Source: Batkoa obscura
Taxonomy: Eukaryota
Reading direction: 5' to 3'
NCBI GenBank assembly: GCA_030770535.1
Contig: JASVEC010000016.1
Location: forward strand, 930,001 to 994,000
Length of the DNA: 64,000 bases
Below, piece by piece: positions 1 through 14,237 of this stretch. The position numbers and the translations under genes are program-made. Below the pieces are notes generated by a model. The model was not told the origin of the DNA. It saw only the letters and a list, made by a program, of their open reading frames with translations, and ran no database searches. Position 1 is the stretch's first letter. Each line of letters opens with the position of its first letter.

Positions 1-344
1 ATCGAACAAATAAATAAAATCATGTTAAAAACTAACTTAATAATCTCGTTAAACTTTAGATGAAATCAGTTTAGCAAAAAACTTGGAATATCAATTGAAA
101 TTAAGTAACATCATCAAAAAACAAAATTTAACGAAGATGATCTTGAGAGTAATTAACTATAGGAATAATAAATGAGATTTTAAGAGATAATACAAATGTT
201 CTATATCCAACTGAACAAACGACAAATAAGCCCAGAAGTAGTATAAAAAGAAAGAAAAAATAGATTCAAAAGATTATTATCCTTATAATTTAATTCAATA
301 GATATTATATTAACCTTTTAGAACTTAACACAATTAATAATAAC

Positions 345-1493
345 ATGGTTTACTTTAATAACAAACTTTTCTTTTCTGCCCTTATTGTAGCTTGCGCTAA
401 TGCTGCTGAAAACGTGATGCAAATGACTCAAGCTACTCCAAGTGTAATTCCAAGTACTCAAGCTACTGTTAATAACATGCCATTATTAAATAATATGCAA
501 CCTAATGCTGCTGGTAAAAAAGAAGAAAAGAGAGACCCATACAATGGAGGAGATGACTATAAAAAAGAAGAATATTCCAAAGACAATAAATATGAAAGAC
601 GTGGATATGGTGATTATCATGTCAAACATCATAATGACTATGATAATTATAGTAAACATCATAATGATTACGATAGCTATAGTAAACATCATGATGGCTA
701 TGGGAAATCAAAATATGAAAGACGTGATTACGGTAATGATTATGATGGTTATAGTGAGCATCATGGATATGAAAGACGTGGATATGGTGAGAAGCATCAT
801 GATGATTACGATAGCTACAGTAGACATCATGGTGGCTACGGAAAACCAAAATATGAAAGACGTGGATATGGTGATGATTACCATGTAAAACATCACAACG
901 ATTATGACGGCTATAGTAAGCATCATGGATATGAAAGACGTGGATATGGTGAGAAACATCATGATGATTACGATAGCTACAGTAGACATCATGGTGGCTA
1001 CGGAAAACCAAAATATGAAAGACGTGGTTATGGCGATGATTACCATGTAAAGCATCACAACGATTATGACGGCTATAGTAAGCATCATGGATATGAAAGA
1101 CGTGGATACGGTGACTACCATGTGAAGCATCACAATGACTATGATGGCTATGGTCAACATCACAAATACGAGAGACGTGGTTATGGTGATGACTACCATA
1201 AGAAACATAATGATTATGATAATTACGGTAAACATCACGGATACGAAAGACGTGGTTATGGCGATGACTACCATAAGAAACATAATGATTACGATAATTA
1301 CGGTAAACATCACGGATATGAAAGACGTGGTTACGGTGATGATCATCACAAACACCACAATAGCTATGATAAATATGGGTCACACCATGATAGTTATGAC
1401 AAGTATGGGTCACACCATGGCTATGATCGACGTGATTATGGTAGCGGTTATGGTAATCATCATGACAAGTACGGATCTCATAGTTCTTACTAA
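345..1493 (+). CDS. Secreted His/Tyr/Gly/Asp-rich repeat protein, candidate Kex2-processed multi-peptide precursor
   Basis: Intronless 382-aa ORF with hydrophobic signal peptide (MVYFNNKLFFSALIVACANA) and a pro-region ending KR. Ten YERR plus one YDRR separate GYG/DYG-starting repeats. TATA-like TATAAAA at ~242. Confidence 0.85.
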   Translation: MVYFNNKLFFSALIVACANAAENVMQMTQATPSVIPSTQATVNNMPLLNNMQPNAAGKKEEKRDPYNGGDDYKKEEYSKDNKYERRGYGDYHVKHHNDYDNYSKHHNDYDSYSKHHDGYGKSKYERRDYGNDYDGYSEHHGYERRGYGEKHHDDYDSYSRHHGGYGKPKYERRGYGDDYHVKHHNDYDGYSKHHGYERRGYGEKHHDDYDSYSRHHGGYGKPKYERRGYGDDYHVKHHNDYDGYSKHHGYERRGYGDYHVKHHNDYDGYGQHHKYERRGYGDDYHKKHNDYDNYGKHHGYERRGYGDDYHKKHNDYDNYGKHHGYERRGYGDDHHKHHNSYDKYGSHHDSYDKYGSHHGYDRRDYGSGYGNHHDKYGSHSSY

Positions 1494-1653
1494 GTTTGGA
1501 AATAAATCCTTATACTTCTTAAAATAAAGCATTGAGATATTTATTATTGAATAATTTACAAGTTATACATATGTTTTTGAGGATCTAAGACTATTTACTA
1601 TAAAGTTATAGCAATTAACTTTAAAAAGTTTCAATGAAACAAATAAGAATATT

Positions 1654-1750
1654 GGGAGTGTTTTTTTGGCTTCATTACTTTTTCATTTTTTAAGCATTAT
1701 TTGAGTGGAAAAATTATTAGTAAAATTCTTAAACAAAAAAATACATCCTT
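1654..1750 (+). mobile_element. ~98-bp MITE copy (GGGGATG..CATCCCC family), degenerate ends
   Basis: Internal sequence ggcttcattactttttc..ttttaagc..tatttgagtggaaaa..ttagtaaaattcttaaac matches the other copies. Confidence 0.8.
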
Positions 1751-2084
1751 TTATAGATTATAAAAAGAAATACTATGATAATTATAGTAGTCCTACTCCA
1801 TATAGTTTGTATCATGGCTATAGTAGTTACAATAAATATGAATTTTGTACTTTTTATTAAGTTAAAATATTGATATATAGAATAAAATTTGATTATTTTT
1901 AATATTATAATAAAATCATATAAATAGTCAATTAAAAATTATAAAAATCTAAAATATACAATAAACTTTTTAAATGGATCCTATTTAAATTTCACTATTT
2001 TTAATAATTTATATATTAATGTAGAATATTGAATATTTTTAATTTTAAATAATATTAGAAGTATCTACATAACTTTAAAGGTAT

Positions 2085-2420
2085 TAAAAAAGCTCTCAAA
2101 AACTTCTTGTAGTTATTATCATCGTATAATCCTGACTTGATATTTACGTTGGCCGGTTCTGTCTTTCTTAGCATCACAGCTGCTTACAAGAAATCAATAT
2201 TCTACTCTTCCTCCTCCATCCCTCAGATTGCCATCTTAACATGCAAGAACTCTTTCATTATTTATTATAAATCTTCCAGATCCAAATCCTCTGACCCAAA
2301 TTTCATAAAGATCCTTCTCTCTAAAGTCCTTGTCTCATTTCACAGTAATTTCTTCACACTTTGAAGGATGCCTCTTCCTTTCAATTCATTCATTCCTATC
2401 AGTTTTCTGGTTTAACTTTC
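2085..2420 (-). pseudogene. Decayed coding fragment of unknown origin (possibly TE-derived)
   Basis: Higher-GC island. One minus frame reads as protein (..GRGILQSVKKLL*NETRTLERRIFMKFGSEDLDLEDL**IMKEFLHVK..) broken by isolated stops. Confidence 0.35.
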
Positions 2421-2586
2421 ATTTTTACATTAATAAAGCCACAAGACTACCCACCTTGAATTTATAAAAAAAGTACAAAAAATTCAATTGCATTAAATGA
2501 TTGGTCAAACAACAACAACTCAAATTTAGACACTTAAATAAATTTTTAATCAACTTAATTCTTTCATTTTTTAAGCTTTTAACAAG

Positions 2587-4485
<1,899 letters not shown>

Positions 4486-4738
4486 ATTATAGATTTAAAA
4501 TAATAGTAATATTTTGAATCTTTTCTTATACCTTATTGTCCATTTTTTCAAATTTTAGATAAACAAATAAAATTAGTTTTATAATCTAGTCATATGAATT
4601 GTTTAATTGTATTTTTTAAAAGAGATGAAATTTATATATAACTAATCAAGTAGTAGAATTTGTATTAACATTTCTTATATTAATCAGAATATGTAGTCAC
4701 TTTTTGACAAAACTTAAAGTTCTAAATAATCATAGTAT

Positions 4739-4836
4739 GAGGATATATTTTTCTGTTCAAGAATTTTATTAATAGCTTTTCCACTTAAATAGCGCTTAAA
4801 AAATAGAAAAGTAATGAAATCAAAAAAAACATCCCC
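4739..4836 (-). mobile_element. MITE copy with GTAT target-site duplication
   Basis: gtat|gaggat...catcccc|gtat. Confidence 0.85.
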
Positions 4837-5389
4837 GTATGGTTATTTAGTTAAATAAAATCATTTGACCTTATTGGGAATATTATAATCTCTATACTAA
4901 ATTAAGCTCCAATCGTAAGAAAATTAATTTTTCAGTATAATGTCTTATCAAAAATTTAAATGAATTGTGTATTATTATTAATTTCCAATTTTTTAGTTAA
5001 TATTGAGTTGAATTAAAGTTATAAATTTGATATAAAAACGGCATAAAGTTGATTCTAGCTATACTATTTTAATAGATTTATTATTTAGTTAAAATGTTAA
5101 TAAAACATATCCGTTGTACTATTTTATACACGAGTTTATAAACCATTATATTTACTCCATCAACTTACTACATATTTTGACTTAATAAAAACAGATCAGC
5201 ATTTAGAACATGTTAAAAATATAAACCTCGTGCTAAAAACAATGCCAATTTCAATAATGATCAATACACAACTTTTAAATTTAAATCCTTTAGTCTAACG
5301 GATTTTTTTTAATAATACTATAAAAGATAATAAAGTTGACTAAAATTAAAACATAACAATTAGATTTATATACTAGACATCTCATCACC

Positions 5390-6325
5390 ATGGTTCATTT
5401 TAAAAATACAATTTTATTATTTGCTTTAGCTATTGCTACCATTTACGGAGCTGAAAATGTTAATGTTGTAAAGGAAGCATTAGCTGCTTCTCCCAATGGA
5501 CTTAACGCAAATACCCTTCCAGTTACTGCTAAAAATTCAATGGCTAAATCAACTATGCCAGAATCGAAATCTGTAACTTCACTTACTAACATGTCACTAT
5601 TAACCAATGTATTACCAGGAGGTGAATCTAAGAAACCCAACTATGAAGATAAAAAAGAGTATAAACCAGAAACTAATAAATATAATGAAGAAAAGGAAGA
5701 TTATAAGAAAGGTGGTGATAAAAAAGAAGATTATAAGAAAGATGAACAATATTCAAAACATCATGATGATTATGATAATGGCTATGATAAAGAATATGAT
5801 GATTATTCACCTAAATACCATAGTTATGATAGACGTAATTATGGTAATAATTATGGTAATAATTATGGACATCATCGAGGTTATAGAAGAAATTATGGAA
5901 GTAGTTATGCCAGTAACTATGGCCATCATCGTAATTATAGAAGAAATTATGGGAATAACTATGGCCATCATCACGGTTATATGAGACGTAATTATGGAAG
6001 TAGTTATGGAAGTAATTATAGTCATCATCGTAACTATAGAAGAAATTATGGTAATGACTATCCAAGTAATTATGGTCATCATTACGGTTATTCAAGACGC
6101 AATTATGGAAATAACTATGGCCATCACCACGGTTACATGAGACGTAATTATGGTAATAGCTATGGCAATAATTATGGTCATCATCATGGTTATTCAAGAC
6201 GTAATTATGGTGAAAAGAAGAGTGACTATAATGATTCTTATGGAAGTGGGGATGACTACAAACATAATAAATCAGATTATTCTAATACTTATGGTGATGA
6301 AGGTGAAAAATCTTATAGTGATTAG
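5390..6325 (+). CDS. Secreted Asn/Tyr/Gly/His-rich repeat protein, candidate Kex2-processed precursor; paralog of 345..1493
   Basis: Signal peptide ending ..YGAENV (compare ..NAAENV), eight RR|NYG junctions, TATA-like box at ~5319. Confidence 0.85.
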   Translation: MVHFKNTILLFALAIATIYGAENVNVVKEALAASPNGLNANTLPVTAKNSMAKSTMPESKSVTSLTNMSLLTNVLPGGESKKPNYEDKKEYKPETNKYNEEKEDYKKGGDKKEDYKKDEQYSKHHDDYDNGYDKEYDDYSPKYHSYDRRNYGNNYGNNYGHHRGYRRNYGSSYASNYGHHRNYRRNYGNNYGHHHGYMRRNYGSSYGSNYSHHRNYRRNYGNDYPSNYGHHYGYSRRNYGNNYGHHHGYMRRNYGNSYGNNYGHHHGYSRRNYGEKKSDYNDSYGSGDDYKHNKSDYSNTYGDEGEKSYSD

Positions 6326-7483
6326 AGAATAAATATCGTTAATTATTAAGATCTTTTAAAAAAAGATCTTAATTATAGCATTTAATAAACAAAACACTAA
6401 TCAAGCTTTTCTATTTTATTTTATTTTATTTTATTTTTATGATAGGCTATTCTAGATTGTAAAATTATATTGTTGAAATAATTGTAACATTAAAGTTATT
6501 GTCATAATTTTAGTTATAATCAAAATTCAGAACTTCATAAATACTTTCACAGTATAAATTTCGTTAAATGAAAAAATTAATAAACACTTTTTATACTAAA
6601 TTTTAACTCATGGTTGTGAATTTTACTCATAAATGTGTTATTCAGGTAATGGATTTTAAAAACATAATATAATATGATTTTAAAAGTTATTATATAAATA
6701 TTGATATTTTTAAACAGTTTTGATTTTTGTATGAAAATTTATACTATTCTAGTCAATGTCTAAAGTATCAATGTAGGCAAGAATTTAAACCTAAATGTGT
6801 TTTACCTAAATATCAATATGTTGAAAACATTAAAATTATTATATGATATTGCCTAAAATTATACTTTGTTAAGCTTAATATAAATTTCAATTAACAAGAA
6901 TTTATTATGAGATTTTATTGCCATAAGTTAGTGTATTTTCGAATTTTATTATAATTTTTGAACACATTATGAAAAATCAAAAATTTCGGAAACAACAACT
7001 AAATACAAAACTATTGAGATTGGTGTTAATACGAAGAAGATATGCCCAAAAAGTAGAGTAACCCTTTCTTGGATTTCCAATTATTTTGGGATATTAAAAA
7101 AGCTCGCAGCTTTTATCCATTCTTAGTTTATTCAGTAGTTTAATAGCTCGAAAATAAACATGGAATGAAACATTGAAAATATAAAAAATTCCACCCAAAT
7201 GAATTAATATGGAAGCTAATTGATTGGCTTGAAATCTTAATAGAACCAATGATATCCAATTCTTCTTAAGCCCATGAACTATTCTATAAACAAACCACTA
7301 ATTCAATAATAAAAATCATATTCGACTTGCAATTTTAATAATTCATTTTATAGAATTCAAATTAACTCCAATAAAGGTACATATATTTTAACAATTTGTA
7401 TATTATTTTTTGAACTTTTTATTTTTTAGATCTAATTATATACTTTTAAAAGAAATTTTACCACTGGTTAAACATTATATCAA

Positions 7484-8674
7484 ATGGCAGAAATAGTATC
7501 CAAAACATTTGGTGGCCCAGAAGCTTCAAAACAACCTATAACTGCAGCTGAAGCCGAATTAGAACTTCAGCGTAAAGTTTTTGTAGCAAAATTGCCACAT
7601 GATGCCACCGAAGCGGAACTTGAAGAATATTTTGGTCAAGTTGGGAGTGTGTAAGTTTTATAAAACAGTCTAGAATTAAGTTTATATCTTGATAATATTT
7701 TTAGTCAAAGAGTAATAATAGTTACTAAGAATAATGAAGCTACTGGTTATGGTTTTGTTACTTATAGTGAAATTGCTAACTTAGATCAAGCCATTAAAAA
7801 ACTTAATAAAATTAACTTTAAAGGAAAACGTTTAAGTATTGAACAAGCTTTACCTAAAAAAGAATTGCAATCCGTTCGTCGTAATAGAACTCGTAATAGA
7901 GGCTCTAAAGGTCCTGGGTCAAAGGTATTTTTTCATATATTTAAAATTAAAGTTATTTAATTGTTTTAGCCAATAAGATCTAAAGGTGGTAAATTAGATT
8001 GGGCTGAAGATGTAGAAGAACAAAATATAGTTGATTTAGTTAAAAAAGGTCCCCCACCACATATTAAAGGGAGAAGATTTCCTATACCACATGCACATCA
8101 TAAAATAGAAGGGGAAGCCAGTAGTAATACCATTTTTGTTGGTAATCTTGGCACTGATATCAATGAAAATAAGTTTGTTGAAATATTTAAAGACCTTAAA
8201 ATAGAGAAGGCATGGTTAGCAAGAAGAGAATATCCACCTTTCATGGTCAAAGGGTTTGGTTTTATACAACTTGAAACTGTTGAAGAGCAACAAAAAGTTT
8301 TAGAATCAGCTTCAACTAGAACATATAATGGTCGTCAATTACAAATGCGTACAGCTATATTACCTAAATCAGATCAATCTACCACAACTGAGAAACCTGT
8401 TAGTAAACCAAGTAAAGAGAAAATACAAGAGGTACCAACTGAAGCTTCTTGGCCTCCACTTAGTTCAACTAAACAACCAAATGGTGTTGTAACTAAACCT
8501 ATAGAAAACAATACTGAGGTCGCTGAAGAAAAGGTAGATGAAGAAGTCAAAAAGGCTGAAAACAAGGTAGAAGATGATGATGATGAGAGTACCAAAGAAA
8601 TTAATCAAAAAAAGGAAGAATTGAAAAAGGAAGTTGCAATTGAAGAAAGTCCAGCCACGGAAGTATCAATATAA
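7484..8674 (+). CDS. Two-RRM RNA-binding protein with acidic tail, 3 coding exons (7484-7650, 7705-7924, 7970-8674)
   Basis: RNP motifs KVFVAKL/GYGFVTY and TIFVGNL/KGFGFIQL. Introns restore the frame; probable 5'UTR intron ~7377-7429. Confidence 0.85.
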
Positions 8675-9464
8675 GCTTAGACATTATCTTACTTTTTAAT
8701 CTAGACTTTTAATCCGACTACTAAAGCTTTTTGTCACCTCTTTTTTGTTTTGAGATTTTAGCTTAACCTTTATTTCACATCATATTATTTTTCATAGAAG
8801 TAAATATTATTGATTCAACAATGGTTTTATTTCTTTTTTAAAGTTTCTAAAAACTTAGCATCTATATGTAACTTTGTAGTCTCCTAAGAGTAAGTAAATA
8901 TTTGTTAATTAACTTAAACTATAGAAATTATGATAAAAATGCTTTAAAATTGAGTGATATTCCAAAACTATAATATAGGTATAATACTAAACTTTATTTA
9001 TAAAGGCAGAGTTTCTTGTTTCACTTTCCTTTTATGGTATCCATCATTATTGATTGAGATAAATTATATATTTGACTTATAGCGATATAGATAAGGCTAT
9101 ATACATTAAATTAAATCCAGCTTTTTAGTTGTTACTATTTAAAATAAATATTATAAACTAGGCAGGTTAGTTTAACTAAAATAGGTAACATTTTTTAAAG
9201 CAAAAGCCGTATTCGTGTAGCTAAAAGCGGAATTGTATTACACTATACTTTGAATAAAATAAAATCAACAGTATCATGTTATCATCAAATGAAAAGTTAA
9301 AAAGTTAAGTTTATTAACTATACAAAAAAACATTATCAAAATGAGTAATTTTAAACAAGTAATTTTAAAAATAAGGACGCTTTTAATTTATTTTTGGTTA
9401 TTTTCAACAAAACCCAGTTTTTTTCAAATAAAAATAATAAAATACTATTTTTCAAAATAAAACT

Positions 9465-9724
9465 GTTTTAAACTATATACATCGTTTTCACTTATTATTT
9501 GTGCACTTTTGCAAAAAAAAAAATGGATATTTTGTAATAAAAGTTTCGTCATTTACTGAAGAAAACCTTGCGCATTTTACTTATAGATGTGAAAAATTTA
9601 GCCTTGAGTTTACGTGAAATTACACATTTTTTTAAGTAAATGGTAATAAACTTTTTATTACAAAATGTTCATTTTTTTTGCAAGTGTACAAACAATAAGT
9701 GAAAATAGTATATAGCTTAGAAAC
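9465..9724. repeat. Foldback/inverted-repeat element (~95-bp imperfect arms)
   Basis: ctatatac..ttttcacttattatttgtgcac..gcaaaaaaaaaaatggatattttgtaataaaagttt is mirrored by aaactttttattacaaaatgttcattttttttgcaagtgtacaaacaataagtgaaaatagtatatag. Confidence 0.75.
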
Positions 9725-10275
9725 ATTAATAAAAATCTTTCTAAAATAACAACCAATCCTTTGCGTCAAAAGTATAACCGATCTATGAATTATTTTTTAT
9801 TACTAATATTATATAAAAACTATGATACTTTTTTCTACATGACAACTTAAACTTTCATAACATCGTTATCTGGTATATAATTCTTACAGCAATAGAGGTA
9901 TTATATTAATAAGAATTTTAAAAATCTAAATTACAACTTCCACAATCTAATTTTATGCCAAAGTATGATACGTAATATAATTTGACGTAAGGTGCAGCTA
10001 TAGTTTTTATTAAAATAGAGGCTTGTAATTTGTTACTCTATAATGTGACCATTGATATTGAGACGCAGTATGCTCTGGTAAGTACCTTTGAAATATCTTA
10101 TTGACTCAAAGATCCTAGTTACATAGTCTGTATGATATTTTTTATTTAATAAACTAATTCATTAATAAAATAGAAGTGATGTTTATTAACTTAATGTATA
10201 AAGATAATTAAAATTAAAATTTATTAAATACAGTAGTTATCTACACAAAGCATAATTAGAACTTTATATCATGCT

Positions 10276-11202
10276 TTAAATTTTGTCAATTAAAGCAGGG
10301 GTAATAGCAGTTTGAAGAGCTTTGTTTGTAGCGGTTGTATCTTCACCGATTTCCCCATTTGCACCAGAATTAAATGGCATAAAGATAACTTTTGATCCGG
10401 AAGTTCTAGCCATTTGTTGCATAGTTTCCAAATAACGAATCTGAATAGCAGCTGGTGAATTAAGGATATCAGCTGCTTCTCTCATCAATTTAGCAGAATC
10501 AACTTCAGCTTGAGCAGCAATAACTCTAGATTCACCGATACGTTTAGCTTGAGCTGCACTAGATAAATTCTCTTGAAGGTCACGAGAAAATACCAAATCT
10601 TTAATTAACACAGATTCAACTTTAACACCCCAACTAGCTGCTGGTGCACTAATAATATCTTCAATATCCTGTGCAATTTCATCACGATTTTCAATACAAT
10701 CTTGTAATGAACGTTGACCAAGTACAGCGCGAATGGTAGTTTGGGCTCTTTCCATTAAAGCAAATTGGACATTAGAGACACCAAAATTTGCTTGGTATGG
10801 GTCAACAATGTGCCAATAAAGAACACAGTCAATAGTGATATTAACATTATCTTTGGTCATAATACTTACATTTGCAATGTTTGTCATTTGAATTTTTATA
10901 TCGATAAAGTTCATACTTTCAGTACATGGATTAACCCAAGTTAAACCAGGATCACTAGTACGTAGATATTTACCAAATCTTGAAATTAAACCTACTTCAC
11001 CTTGGTTAACTGATCTGTAAGGATTTGGGAAACAGAAACATATTGGGATAGAGCCTAAAGTACCTAAACAATCACCCAACCCAGTCATGAATTTTTCATA
11101 GAATGAAACATTAGGGTCATATGGTAATTCATTAGCGAACTTCATCCCCATATTTGCTTGGGGGGTAGGTTGATCTTGAATAGTAAGGTTGTTATTTTCC
11201 AT
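10276..11202 (-). CDS. Stomatin/band-7 (SPFH) family protein, copy A
   Basis: SPFH motifs (TKDNV, ERAQTTIR, WGVKVESV, AIQIRYLETM), Cys-rich CLG..PICFCFPNP anchor. Real ATG taken as MENN at 11202. Confidence 0.92.
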   Translation of the reverse strand: MENNNLTIQDQPTPQANMGMKFANELPYDPNVSFYEKFMTGLGDCLGTLGSIPICFCFPNPYRSVNQGEVGLISRFGKYLRTSDPGLTWVNPCTESMNFIDIKIQMTNIANVSIMTKDNVNITIDCVLYWHIVDPYQANFGVSNVQFALMERAQTTIRAVLGQRSLQDCIENRDEIAQDIEDIISAPAASWGVKVESVLIKDLVFSRDLQENLSSAAQAKRIGESRVIAAQAEVDSAKLMREAADILNSPAAIQIRYLETMQQMARTSGSKVIFMPFNSGANGEIGEDTTATNKALQTAITPALIDKI

Positions 11203-12559
11203 TGATGAATTTGAAAGAGATTTTATTGATATTATTTGAAAAGTAAATTTGCTTTTATACCTTTTCAGGTTCTTTATAAGTTTTACTACGCAATTTGACT
11301 TCAAGCTATTTGATATGTAAGTGTAACTAATAAAAACTAAATATATTTCTGGACAATTCTGCTCTATATTTGTAAATTTTTAGTTATAAAAATTCTATAT
11401 AGAAATTATAATTATAATTCCTCCGTTCGAATTATCATAAAAGAATGCTGATAATTAATCATATTAAGGTATGACCAAACTTTAACACAAATGTAACATG
11501 ATAAAATTCTATTTAGAATACTTCATCATATTTTAGAACTATCGACTATAATATTCTACTGTTCTACTCTCTCATCAATTAGCTTTGAGTGAGAAGAGAA
11601 CTTAATTTTAGCCTTAATAACTCTGCTTAAAATCTATCAGGTCTGGTTCGGTCTATTTAATCTTGCTATATTTGTGTTCTTATTGTTCTATCAAAATCTT
11701 TAATTACATATATAAATAAGTAGAAAGGTAATAATATGATTGGTGTAATATGGTGATAGTTACACCAAGAAAGGATAATACAAAAATGTAGCTAAAAACC
11801 ATGATAGTATTTAAGGTTTGGCTACAAATATGTAACATTTTTAAATCAAAATTGGGCCAGCATTACCTATAGTAATCAAGTATTTCTTTTTTATTGTAAA
11901 TAGATGATAATTCATCAACCTCAAATATCTGAATTTTCTTATTACTGAAAACAATAACATTTTCTGTTTTTCAAGGTTAAGAAAAATATTCGGTGCTTAA
12001 AAAAACAAAAATATTGCCCTCTTACTGTAATAAGCTAGATGTCTGTTTTGATAAAAGAGAATGTCTAAATCTCTTGAAGAGCTTAGAGTCTAAGGCATCA
12101 AAAGGATATGGATAAACCATTCTTATTAAACCTTTTCTATTTACCTTTCTAACATCTTTTTACCCTAGTTGCCTGAAGTTTTGTCTCTTTTCTTCTGTTT
12201 ATTCAGTTTTTAGCTATGCTAAAATCATAGTGTCTGGATTAATTCACTTTGAAGCCCGAATACATCCGTTGAACTTCACTTATATCCTATTTTCTAGGAA
12301 TTTTTAGAGACGACTATTTGTTTTTTTCAAGCATAATCTCTAGCTTTTATAATGGCTTTAGTAAAAGATTGCTTTAAAATAAATAGCCAAATATGTCGCA
12401 ATAGAGGTGCAGGAACTGTAAATAAACAGCCAAACTTGATGGCTGTGCTTTTAAATTTAATAAAGATTTAGAATATTTTAAACAATTTTATTAGATTTTT
12501 ATTAAGCTTATTTTTATAATGAACAGATAAGAACACTGACTACTTTTAATTCTGTGGTA

Positions 12560-13760
12560 ATCTATGTAGGGCTAGTTTGGTTTAATACAGCGCTATTAGT
12601 GTTATAAAATTCCATTTGTGCAAGCTCAAGTGAGTTAGACCCATCCAATAAATGTAAACATTCATGATAACATTGAATCAAGTTTTTGGTACCTCTAATT
12701 TCATTATTGAAGCGAATCATATAATATATCCGTAGATAGATTTTTTCAATAGCATAGTGAATAGTTGAATCAAAACAAAATGTAATAAAATTGGATGTCC
12801 CTTCTAACAGGTACACAATAAATGTCAATTGATCTAAAGTATTATTATTTCTAGAACCAAAAACACAATAACATTATAATAATATTCCGACAGAATATGA
12901 AAGAAGCATAATTAAAGGGTAAAGCATCCCAATCATTGGCTAATTGTGTAATTGTTAACAAAACTTACATACCTCATGCTAAAAATTTGGTACTTTTTAT
13001 TATTTCAAAAGATATTTCCTCATTCTTTATGAATTTACAAATTCTTATTAGTGATAGCCTTTGATTTGTTTTTATCATACCAAGTATGACCACAATAGTA
13101 AGATATGGGAGTGTTTTTTTTGACTTCATTATTTCTTCCATTTTTTAAGCACTATTTAAGCGGAAGATTTGTTAGTAAAACTCTTAAACACAAAAATACA
13201 TCCCCATATATTAATCCTAAAAAGCCCTATATTTGAACAGCAAAAATACCAAACATTTTTATATAATTTCTCTTTCTTTTGCTTCAATAATGTAGTGTAA
13301 TGATATTTACTGTGTCCTAATTTACCTAAAACTAAAAAAATTACATATAGTCAATTTGAATAAAAAACCCTAACTGGAGGCGTCGAAATTAGTAAAGCAA
13401 GAATGACATGAAACATTCAATATAAGGTCTCAACGATATTAGTGGATATTTTATTGTAAATGAATATGAATTACAGATCAACTACAATACACATATTTAG
13501 GGGAAAAAATCAGAATAGGATTGCTAAAGTCTACCAACTTATAAAAGTACATATAGAACCAAGTTGTTTAAAATCAAATAAATTCCATAAAAGTAAAGTA
13601 TATAACCAAGCAACATATAACGCAACACCAGTTTGTAAACAAAAGGAAACTCGGTTTACTAGCCTATAACCATATAAAACCAAAATATTATTTTATGTAT
13701 CTTTAGCTTATTTAAATATAATTACTCATTAGAATTATAAATAACATAATGGAAAGTGCC
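12560..13760 (-). pseudogene. 7TM GPCR-like (Git3/cAMP-receptor-like) pseudogene 1
   Basis: Minus frames give RLVNRVSFCLQ, ICTFISW*, FFPLNMCIVVDL*FIF, ILALLISTPP, MLYPLIM, GTSNFITFCFDSTI. Contains stops, frameshifts and a MITE insertion. Confidence 0.6.
13107..13205 (+). mobile_element. MITE copy, ATAT TSD, inside GPCR pseudogene 1
   Basis: atat|gggagtg...catcccc|atat. Confidence 0.9.
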
Positions 13761-14153
13761 AGGAATGCAAAAAGTATTGAAGTTTTAAGAATGTAAATTT
13801 CATACAATATTGAGTAAATACATCATCTAATATCGTGCTAAGTAAAATCAACTCTATTATAAAAATATTAATTAGCTAAAACTACATTAACTATACTTTA
13901 TTATATATATTCAATAATCAGTCTTAAACAAATATAAGATTAAGAGCATAGCCCACCTCAAATAATCAAACCTGTTTATTTGATCAGTTGTTAGCAAAAT
14001 CGACTATTTTATGTTTAATTTATAACGCTATCATTTACAATTTTACTACTATTTATGTTATACGTGAGATAACTAAACGAATTTAGTATGAGACGAGTAT
14101 TTAGACTATTTTAGTTACGCAGTTACCCTACCATCATTAATGTTTATTTATTG

Positions 14154-14210
14154 TTAGATTTAGATTTAGATTTAGATTTTTACTTTTTGATTTTTGATTT
14201 TTGATTTTTG
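14154..14210. repeat. Hexamer microsatellite (TTTAGA)n grading into (TTTTTGA/TTTTGA)n
   Basis: Direct reading of the sequence. Confidence 0.75.
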
Positions 14211-14237
14211 GTTATTATCGTCTTAGAACTAGCATAT

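Noticed and set aside
486..1527. Overlapping alternative-frame and antisense ORFs (Met/Ile- or His-rich) over precursor 1; likewise 5443-6332
   Set aside because: Shadows of the repetitive GAT/TAT/CAT codon usage; no independent coding signal.
11203..11304. N-terminal extension of stomatin A in the ORF track
   Set aside because: Begins at a TTG, spans the TATA region and is not conserved in copy B.
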